NCBI GenBank assembly: GCA_010093815.1
Contig: ML996572.1
DNA length: 64,000 nt
From: Pseudovirgaria hyperparasitica
Taxonomy: Eukaryota
Direction: 5' to 3' (one strand)
Shown here piece by piece: positions 39,926 through 49,637 of this stretch. The position numbers were made by a program, and so were the translations under genes. The notes under the pieces are model-generated. The model did not search any database, was not told the origin of the DNA, and saw nothing but the letters and a program-made list of their open reading frames with translations. Every line of letters begins with the position of its first letter. The first letter of the stretch is position 1.

Positions 39926-41842
39926 TCAATCTTGCATGTGCTCTTCACTCTCATCGTCCATCAGTGATGCGGAATACAGTGTTTCATACCTACTAATGCT
40001 GCTTCGGTGCTTGTGCCGTGGCTGCTCGCTTCTTGGCGGCTGCTGATTCTCACCATGCTTGTCCTTGTGCTTGCCATTGGCCCCGCCACTACTGCTTCTA
40101 CCGGCCGCTCGAGCTGCAGCCAGCGCGGCGGCATTGCCTGTCAGATTAGCACGTTTCTCTGGAAGGCGAGTATAGCTCAAGTCACTGTGTCCGCTATTCG
40201 AGCTTCTTCTCGACTCGTTCGTAGATCCATGACGCATCGTCGTTACAGTGCTCTTGATTGAACTTTGGTATGATTCTTGTCTGCTGAAAGAGTTCATGGA
40301 ACTAGACGTCTGTGCAGGGGAAGATCCGGGGCTCGCTCTTCGGGAGCTGGTGTGGCTCGTACCGGCAGGACTGGGCATCTTGGACTTTTCCGATATAAGA
40401 AGAGGCCTCCCTGGGCTCAAAGAAGGAGCTTCAATCGTCTCTTCCTGCACAGGGCCTGGGTGTTCCGAGATGGTTGGAGTGCGCCGTGCATTTGGAACCA
40501 GCCATCCTGGTCCGCTCACGCGATGCGGGCGCGCATGCAAGCCATTATCATCATCCCCTGCGATAAACGAGAATGGCCGACTGCGTTGCGTCTGAAAACT
40601 GCTGGTGGACCGATTGTCATATCTGCCGCCTGATCCTCGAAATGTTTTGGCGACATCCGCGTTCCCATTCTCACTGCCCAATACCCCGTTTTCGAGAAAC
40701 TCAAGCATGGTGGAGATGATCTGATCTACTGGCAGATCTTTCCGTCGGGCTATAAGCGATGCAAGCTCACTGATGGCTAACTTTTCCGCCAACTGAGCCT
40801 GCTGCGGAGTCATGTCTAGATTACGTTCGGCAATCTCGTCCGGGAGCAAGTCACCGTCGGAACTGAATCCGTCATCATCGGCCTTGTTCACAGCCTTTTC
40901 GAGTAGATGTACCTGGTCCAGTTCCACGAGTGGATTAGTGGACTTATAAGTTGGTAGTGTTCCGACGATGAATGTAGGGTCGGCAGGAGCTCTGAATGTT
41001 GAGAATCGACGAGATAGTTCTACCTCACCTGCAACGGATGCGTGAGATCCCCGCACTGATGCTATACCTGTATTAGCGACGCTGCCTGGATCGCAAGTGC
41101 TCCTGTCTAGCAGCGCCAGTGTCGACAGCACCCCGTACTTACTTTGTCGACCCTTCCTGTCCTGACTACTGTCGCAGGAATCATCTTCTCCAAAGGGCAA
41201 TGTTTCAGCTTCAAGTGCCAAGTATCTGTGCTTCCGTGTTCGATCGATGACACTGTTTTGGCGAGCGTGCATGACCCCGGATATACCTCCAGCTTGAGGT
41301 CCATTGCAAATAATGAGCTCCAAACGCTTGATTTCTCTCTTGAATCCATCTTCTTCTTCTGCGTACTGGTTCTCGGCCACTTGTCTTAGCCGATTCGACT
41401 CCTTGAGCTGGGTTTGCAGTTCCGCGATCAGAGCTTTAAATTTATCATTCTCCACCTTCATGTTCCGGAATGATTCAAAAATCTTGAACAAGGAGCCGTT
41501 GTATTTGGGTGACAATGGCTTTGAGATTTCTGTGAAAAGTATGGACATGATATCCTCAATCAGGTCCATAGGGTCGATTCTTGCAAACTCATCTACAGGC
41601 GGCGAGAACGAAAAATTGAGATCCTCCGCGAATGAGTTATTAGGAGCGCTGTCATTCTTGCTCCCAAGCATGCTTGAGAGGCGGCTGCCAAATGTCGGTC
41701 GTACGCGTGGAGGGGCGGGGAGAGGCGAGAATGCAGGACTGAATGAAGAGCCGGAATCGCTGACTTTGTCGCCATCCTGAGGCTGGGTAGGATGCTTGTT
41801 GCGAGTTGGATTCTTTACCAGTCGTCGTAGCTGATCGGCCAT
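39926..41842 (-). CDS. Hypothetical protein with coiled-coil segment and Ser/Pro-rich tail; probable in-frame intron 41068-41142
   Basis: 638-codon ORF; coiled coil ENDKFKALIAELQTQLKE..FKREIKRLELII; no family recognised. Confidence 0.75.
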   Translation of the reverse strand: MADQLRRLVKNPTRNKHPTQPQDGDKVSDSGSSFSPAFSPLPAPPRVRPTFGSRLSSMLGSKNDSAPNNSFAEDLNFSFSPPVDEFARIDPMDLIEDIMSILFTEISKPLSPKYNGSLFKIFESFRNMKVENDKFKALIAELQTQLKESNRLRQVAENQYAEEEDGFKREIKRLELIICNGPQAGGISGVMHARQNSVIDRTRKHRYLALEAETLPFGEDDSCDSSQDRKGRQSKYGVLSTLALLDRSTCDPGSVANTGIASVRGSHASVAGEVELSRRFSTFRAPADPTFIVGTLPTYKSTNPLVELDQVHLLEKAVNKADDDGFSSDGDLLPDEIAERNLDMTPQQAQLAEKLAISELASLIARRKDLPVDQIISTMLEFLENGVLGSENGNADVAKTFRGSGGRYDNRSTSSFQTQRSRPFSFIAGDDDNGLHARPHRVSGPGWLVPNARRTPTISEHPGPVQEETIEAPSLSPGRPLLISEKSKMPSPAGTSHTSSRRASPGSSPAQTSSSMNSFSRQESYQSSIKSTVTTMRHGSTNESRRSSNSGHSDLSYTRLPEKRANLTGNAAALAAARAAGRSSSGGANGKHKDKHGENQQPPRSEQPRHKHRSSISRYETLYSASLMDDESEEHMQD

Positions 41843-42546
41843 AATGTCACGCTATCGTATCCACGAGGAGCGTAGGCATGCGTATCACGAATGGTAGAAG
41901 CTCTTTAGTGCAACTGCCAGATCGAGAGGGAGACGGAAAGGAAAGAGCAAGTCAGGCCACGGAGAAGAAATCGGCGAAATGAAAGCATGATAGAGCAAGA
42001 AAAGTCACCTCAAGGGCGGGGTTTGTTCACTTGATTGGGATGGTGAACTAGTAGTTCACTATAATACGGTTGCGCAGAGACAAGAGTATGGAAATGCATA
42101 ACATGTGGGATTATACTTACATACAGTGTTTTTACATGTTTCCTAACGTTTCATGCACGACTACCTGGTGGTTTGAACCAGGTGAGGTGTTTGGTAATAC
42201 GAAGGCGTTCGCTATTGGCATAATTACTCCTTCAGTCACCGAACATAGAGAATAACTCGGTGCTGTACACAGAATGCCGTCACTTTGAGGTCCTATTTAG
42301 CTGAGCACCTATCTCATCTACCAGCATCACGTCAGCTTGTCACCATCGAATCTGGAGTTGTCATTTCCAAGGGTCTCATTGAATAGACGCGGAATGGCAC
42401 TGGTCTAGAAGGCCTTCCAGTTGCTTGTGAATACTTGCAAACTTTCATAGTGAATCTTCACTGATAGTGGTTATGCCTAATGACGCCAATCATCGCTGCT
42501 CAACCCATATAATGTGCACTCCCCTCAATGTTTACCATGAGACCTC

Positions 42547-42914
42547 TTAAACCGCGTCGCGTTTGCCTTCCTTAGCCTCCTTCTGTTGAGCGAGCTTGTT
42601 AGTCTGTGTTCTTGTGTTGCTGCCAAGTGGAAGGACATACAAGAGCCTTCATGGTGCCATGAAGAGCATGTCTGTGGTTTCTTCGGAACTTGGGGTCAGT
42701 TCCCTTAAGCGAAGGATAGCGATGGGTAATTGGCTTCTTGATACTGCATAGATAATGTCAGTCGTATGACTGCCGGCGCGCTGTAATTCTTCAAGGGCGC
42801 TGCATACCCGTTACGGTGAGCCTTCTTGGACTGATTGTGTTGAGATGAGTTCTTTGATTCTATATTCGTTAGAACTGTGGTGAGAACTTTCGATTTGCTG
42901 CACATACTGGCCAT
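42547..42914 (-). CDS. RPL29: 60S ribosomal protein L29 (eL29); 4 exons
   Basis: Spliced product [65 protein letters not shown]. Confidence 0.97.
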
Positions 42915-43254
42915 GGCGACGGTTGTGGTTGTCGATTTGGCGAATGTAGATGTAGCTTTGAATTCGACGTTCGACGTTTCGCTTGCATCCACGCCCGCGA
43001 GCGAAATTGAAAGTGCGGGCGCCAAGACCCTTTAACCCTGTTGGGATATACTAGCTTGATGCCTCAAGATTCAGGTACACACAGTTCAAGTGGAGTTTAG
43101 GACATTTAAGACTGTCCTGGTCGCCTCTGAAAATCACAACAGTCTGTCTACTGGCCAAGTATTTTGTCATGCCATGCTTAAAATGTCTCTTCCATTGCTC
43201 GTGGCCTGACAACATATAGCTCCAAGCCTCTTATCGCTAGAGCACGCACTCACT

Positions 43255-45535
43255 TCATGCTACACCCAAATTCGATATCTCGCCCGATTCATCCTTCCTT
43301 TGTACACCACCCACAAGGTAGCTCACTTTCCAGCGAATCTTGACTGCATTTCCTCTACCCTGTTCGACGCCATGCAAACGAATGGTTTGTGTTATTCCAT
43401 TACTTTGTGAAGGACTGAGCATTCGTGACGATTGCGGCTCGAGCTTTAGTGTATACCCCTGCATCCTTTTAGCTGATATTGTTTTATAAGTTCTTGCTAA
43501 CATACCTTTGTTACGGCAAGCTGGAACGTGAAGTCCGATACAGGCTGGGGTGTATTGTTTGATGCTCGTGAATTGATTAGAATCACATCATCAGATTGGC
43601 GAGACACGTGAAACGTAATATTCACACTGGTACTCGTCACAACAATCTCCGATGAAGTATCTGGGAGCGCGGATGAAAATGTCCACTCATCGTCTGTCCC
43701 TGCTGCGGGCGTTGGTTGCGTCTGTGTTAATGCAGCTCCGGTGTCGATGTCAAGCAGGGAGTTGCTGTTAGCTGTCTGAGGTATAGGAGTGGCCGATTGA
43801 TGGAACTGGAATGGAGACGACTGTCGTGTACTTGGTGATGTGAGTGCAGCGAAGGGATCAGACGCTTTGGAAACGTGCTGCGTTGTTGGTATCTGTTGAT
43901 TCTGCGTTGGAAAGAAAGGTTGTGAAGCTGTAAAGGTCTGAGACGCAGCGCCATTACTCATGAAACCGATTGGGGGGCCGTGGTTCGCCTGTGACTGAGA
44001 TGGCTGATATGTTTGCTGTTGGAATGATGAGGTTGGATTTGCTGCTCCATTATTGGTACTCATTCCCAAGGAGATCCCACCAGTTTGACCGTAAGTCCCT
44101 CCTCCGCCAATGGACAAGCCAAGCAGGTCGTCTTCAAGGGCGTTCCCTTTCGGGGGTGGAGCAGGCGGTGCCGCGGTAGAGTTATCTTCAGTCGGGGCTA
44201 TATCATCAGGACCACCGAAGTCAATCAAAGATAACTCATTGTCAGGACCCTTCTGGACCCCAGCTCCACTTGTCCCCAATGTACCCTTGGGGATTCTTGA
44301 AGCGGCTTCGATATCGCCCTTTTTGATCAGTCGGTATCTCTCTATTGTCCGATTAATACTGTCATTAATTTCCAGAAGCTTGGCAACAGCCTCTTGATCT
44401 TCTGATTCCTCCTCACACATCTTCTTAATCTTGGGATGAGCATTTTGTAGCGCACTTGCCAATTCCTGATTCCGTCAGTGTACAACATCGCTAGGTCTAT
44501 GCAATAGACTGACCTGGAAGACGTCTCCTTCTTTAATCTCGTCTCCTGGCTTGTAGCCTTGTAGCATCTCCTCTAGTAGCTTTGCCTTCTGTTGAATTTT
44601 CCCAACTTCCTCAGCTGCCTTCGCCCTGTAGTCTGTCTTATTTCGTGTGTCGAATCCAGCCATTACTTTCATAAGCTTATTAGCTTCCTGTAAATCGTGA
44701 GGCCCTCCTCTTCGAATAAGTTCCTGTAACTTCGCAGATTGAGCAGCTTTCTCTTCTTCTTCCATTTCCTCTGCAGACCGAAGATTCTGTTGCATCCGTC
44801 AGTTTTCTGGATTTACCAATCTCAAGGCACCAAACATACATCGCTGGGATTTAAGACCGCAGCATCTTCACGTCTTACGGCCGGAAATGCGTATCCCTTG
44901 TAGCTGAGAAGTCGGTGCATGTCCCGAATGAAGCCCAGGTCCTCTTTGTACCGCGAGGTCTGGCATATAGTCTGCCGCCATTCTTCTATCAACTCCAGTA
45001 TCTTTTGTTGACTACGAGTCGCATGCATCGGCGGCCGCTCAGGAAACCGCCTCACCAGTTCATTGAGAAACTCTTTGGTGCTAATTTGGAGATGGAATGG
45101 GTATCCGCAATTCTTTACGCAGATGTCAAGTAGCTAGGACAGATATTTAGTACCTGATATGCGATGCCTTACATCCTGGGAAGCTTACGTTGAGCGCCAG
45201 CATAGAGACATTAGGGTTTCGGTGGTTAATATAGTGCACAATGGCAACTGCAGCTTCCCGGGGCCTGCTCATGCAGTGAGTTATGTGTCCTTACAGCGGC
45301 CGAGGGTAGACTATACGCATTGCCTTTCTTCGCATTGATCGTGTCCGCAATTTCGAGGTTGAGCGCAAGGTTCGGTTCGAAGTTCTGAGGGTCGCAGGCA
45401 TTTACTATAGCCATATCAGTACCCTGTAACATTCCGATAGCATCAATAGATGACCACTCTAAACATACAGATATACCGCTGGAGAGGAGTAGTCGCAGGC
45501 TCACCGAAACCGCCGAAGCGGTCCCTGGCGGCCAT
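43255..45535 (-). CDS. GGA2: GGA clathrin adaptor (VHS-GAT-GAE); multi-exon; may start at upstream GTG 45556
   Basis: VHS: EPNLALNLEIAD, DICVKNCGYPFHLQISTKEFLNELVRRFPERP. GAT: QSAKLQELIRRG..EANKLMK. GAE: FTFQLAVTK..LKLEPQS. Confidence 0.93.
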
Positions 45536-45753
45536 TCGTGCTGATGCTGCCTCCACGGTGAAATCCCGGATGATATCAAGGCTCTGAAGCCAGATTTATC
45601 GTCGTCCTCGAGCTTGATTATGTTTCCACTGCGAATTGCGAGTGAAAGCTGGTTTGCCTGGGCCAGTGGGGTTGTGACGGCTTAGTCGCAGGTGTGGCTG
45701 AGGCGGGGCCGGGCATGCATCCTCCATACAATTCATCTAAATTATCACCAAAC

Positions 45754-45760
45754 CTCATCG
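45754..45760 (-). promoter_or_regulatory. PAC-like element (CGATGAG) upstream of the ribosome biogenesis gene TSR3
   Basis: CTCATCG about 105 nt before the TSR3 ATG. Confidence 0.35.
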
Positions 45761-45865
45761 ACGATATTTGCATTCGAAACAACGTATTTTCGTCTGTGAT
45801 CTATATATCTAGACATTTCGCACCTCTATCCCATCAACTATCCTAAATTGTCATATCAACGTACA

Positions 45866-47142
45866 ATGGTCCGACATAAGAAGGACAACTTCAATCCCCG
45901 CAGTGGCCGCAGATACAATAACGCACCCCGTTCAAGGATTCCGCCCCGCGACAACGGAAATGATGACGAGGGGCAAAGCTCAAGACCACCCTACAAGGCG
46001 GCATGTTGGGATCTGGGCCATTGCGACCAGAAGCGCTGTTCAGGGAAGCGGCTAATGCGACTCGGACTGATGCGCGAGCTACATGTTGGTCAAAAGCACG
46101 CTGGCGTAGTGATATCGTGAGCTGGACTATGATACGCCGCTCGTCTAATACAACGCTAATCGCATAATCTAGACCCAAGGGCAAGACAGTTGTATCACGA
46201 GCAGACAAGGACCTTCTGGAGCAATACGGCGCTGCCGTTGTTGAGGCCTCATGGAACCGCATCGAGGAGGTTCCATTTGGTCGCATCGGTGGTAAATGCG
46301 AGCGTCTACTACCATATCTCATCGCTGCCAACCCTACAAACTATGGCCGCCCGTGGCGACTCAACTGTGTCGAAGCGCTAGCAGCGTGTTTCTATATATG
46401 TGGACACGCAGACTGGGCAGAACATGTCCTTTCGACCTTCTCATATGGAGAGGCGTTCTTGGACATCAATTCTCAACTACTTAAAAGATACGCAGCATGC
46501 GAGAATGAGGATGAAATTAAGAAGACCGAGGAGGTATGGCTCGAAAAGATCGAGAGGGAGTATTCAGAAAGCCGGGCTGACAAAGCTGCGAATGCTGGAG
46601 GAGATGAATGGAGTGGTGGAAATATGAATCGAAGGGCACCTTTGGAGTCAGATGATGATGTCGATGATGATGATGACGTCGACGGCGAGGAAGTTGGTAA
46701 CAAGAAGAGCAAGAACAACGATAACGACGCAGAGGAAAGTGATGGGGAGGAGGATGACCAAACAGATCCGTACGGGCTACCCCCTTCAGATTCGGAGGAC
46801 GAAGAAGAGATGGCCGAGCTCCGGCGTCGGGTCCTGGCGGCCAAGCCTTTTACAAACCCGGGCGCGGACAGCGGACACAGGCCGGAGCGCATATTACAAC
46901 CAATACATACTACTACCAAAAACTATGAGGCCGGGACCGGGAATGAGGACGAGGATGAGGATGAAGACGCAGGGTCCGGGGGAGACGATGACGACGAATT
47001 TGACAACATAATGAAGGCAACCCCAGTCACTGATCGAGCCGGCATCACCGCCAAGCAAAGGCTCAAAGCACAGAACCAATCGAAAACCGCAACATTCATG
47101 CGTACTATGGTCGATACACCTGGATTTAGAACTCGTACCTAA
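45866..47142 (+). CDS. TSR3: 18S rRNA aminocarboxypropyltransferase Tsr3; 2 exons; acidic C-terminal tail
   Basis: CWDLGHCDQKRCSGKRL, ERLLPYLIAANPTNYGRPWRLNCVEALAA, FSYGEAFLDIN. Confidence 0.96.
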
Positions 47143-47279
47143 ATACATAGAACATAGATCTCAAGCTTGGTCTTTAAACCCATCCGAACCACACGTCCAC
47201 CAATCTCCTCAGCTCGTTCCTGTGATGATTCCTAGACCAGATGTCCACTGTCATCAGAGACAGACACAAGACAAATACT

Positions 47280-47901
47280 CTAAGCATTGGCTTGATCCTG
47301 GAAAGCAGAAACACCACGGTTGAGCGCATCAACGATGGCCTTAGTTTTCTGGTCGGCCAGGTTCTTCGCCGAATCAGGCACCTTGGATTTTATGGTCGCT
47401 CCCAGCTTGGTGGCAGCGGCTTTCTGGTCATTGAATGCCTTGTACACTTTGCCGCCATCCTTGTTCTTGACAAATGTTGCCTTCTTCGCGATCGCGTCGT
47501 CGACGGTCCCGTTGACAACCTTTATGTCCCGGTTAGCCGCAATTCTCCCATCTCCTATGTATGGTGAGTTGATATACCTTTGTCAAGCCATCGACCTGGT
47601 TCCCAATCTGGTAAGCTTCTGCCAGAGTGACACTGGTGCCGGCGGCAATCTTGCTATTGCCGTTGTTGATTGAAGCGAGGACGTTGTCGGATGCAGACTG
47701 GACCGCGGCGCTGTTGGCGGTTGTCTGGTAGTTCTTGACCTGAGTATCCAGGGCAGATGTCTTGCTCTGGATATCAGCGATTGCAGAAGATATGGTAGGA
47801 TAGTCCCGCTGCACAAGGGATGCCTCGCGCTTGACGGGAGTGCTGGGAAAGGCAAAAGCAGTGCCGACAAGGCCGAGGGAGAGCACAGTTGCGAACTTCA
47901 T
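47280..47901 (-). CDS. Secreted hydrophobic surface-binding protein A (HsbA) / cell-wall mannoprotein family; 2 exons
   Basis: Signal peptide MKFATVLSLGLVGTAFA, KR/QR propeptide sites, Ala-rich helical body with AIAKKATF..TIKSKVP. Confidence 0.8.
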
Positions 47902-48130
47902 TTTGAGTTTCGTTTGTTGACTAGGAGCCCGCTTGAGTATTATGTCTGGAAAGTTATCTGGAAGGTATTTGCTGGATACTGTTCTTCTACGGAAAGGATC
48001 TCGAGCGTTTTATATCGCTTTTTCCAAAACCACATGCTGCTACTGATGGTGATATGGCCGAGCAGGCTAAGCCAATATTGTCATGATACAAAGTGAATGA
48101 GGCAATGCAAGCTGGGATGCTAGCGATATA

Positions 48131-48152
48131 TGCAGCCATAGCTATGGCTGCA
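48131..48152. repeat. Perfect 22-bp palindrome TGCAGCCATAGCTATGGCTGCA
   Basis: The two 11-bp arms are exact reverse complements. Confidence 0.95.
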
Positions 48153-49637
48153 GGCGCCTTTGCACTATCGAGCTGTGTTGGTCTGATGGCTCGATTGAAG
48201 TTGCTGTGGAAGCTGAAAGTCTAGACGTCCCATGTTGCGATCATAACGACGAGCCAACCTAAATTTTGACGCGAGAAGTAGTCTATGCATGCATTTGACC
48301 ATTTACAGTTCTACCGAACAGTGTAGTCCTCGTGGTCCCATTAGTCGACACGTGCGAGAGGCGTATTTAGTTCGCCCAAGGGTTTCCCCGGATTCTGCAT
48401 CCAGCATGGTTTACCAACCGCACGCGAATAGTCACCCGGCCAGACCTTTCTCTGATGTTTAGATATTCACATCATTTCTGGACTTAGCCTGAATGACGTT
48501 ATATTAGTTGCTTTCCCTCTGAACAATAGGAACCACATGCTGCATACCACTCTTGAAGTTCCATTCTGCTGCACAACTAGGACCTTACCGAGGAGTACAC
48601 CGAGAGTCACTGTCTCAACCCCAAAGCTTGTAATACCCGAACACGATTGATCAACCGCTCAGGACAATATATTTCAGAGCTATTCCATTATTTCTACTCA
48701 GGAACAGGGGCACTAGAACCAAATGTATAGAAAATGCATGGAGAAACGAGCACCAGGCAATTGTGCCAATGGCTTGTGATTATCACAAGCTTGCCATAAA
48801 AACCACCCAACCGTCTCAATGACACTCACAGCGAACACCGGGGCGTTTGTGCTGGTCACCAGACAACTTTAGATCCTGCATGCTCAAGCGCCATGTCGAC
48901 TGACTATTGCTTAATTGAGCTTGACTTTAGCAACACGGCGCTTGGAGCCTATGTCCAATGCTATGTTCACTTCCCGTCTTCAATGGCCAGACCATATCTC
49001 TGATTAGCATTGAAGCTTCAATGGACTGATTTGCTGTAAGTAACGATGGGGTTTGAAATGAGACCTGACCTGGATATGATAAGGTCGCTATGCGTCAAAT
49101 AAGCACTCAGTATCACAACTATGCTGCAAGATGAGACTTCTAGCTAATTGAAGAAATGGAATATGTCGCGTCATGTCAAACTGAATAGAATGATCATGTC
49201 TTGGAGTACTTCATAGGCATATAGGGGCTGTTGTCGGGCGTCCTACAAACCTTTAGGCTGCCTGCAACTTGGACCTGGGTTCCTCCATAACAGTCCATCA
49301 ATAGACCGAGGCAGACATTCTGGACCGTCTTTACTCTCTGTCTGGTGCCCTATTTCGTTTACAGGTGTGAATCCAGCGCTGTGAAACGGCTGGATCGTTC
49401 TGAATCAGAGAGTATTAGTTGTGATGGAGCAAGAGATTAGTTCGATTATGAATGAGTCAAGAACGCAATGTTTTTCTGTACTTCCCCTGCAGCAAATAGA
49501 TTTCAATGCAATCAAATATGGTTTGAATCGCAGTCACAACGAATAGGAGATTTAGGGTCTTCATTGAGCATCAATGTGTCAACTGCTGTATAAGCACCCG
49601 TGTACTTGATGGTCTCAGGGCCCAACACTAGCCGCTG

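Noticed and set aside
49206..49225. GTACTTCATAGG resembling the 5' end of U3 snoRNA
   Set aside because: The box A continuation (GATCATTTC) is absent and no convincing B/C/D boxes follow.
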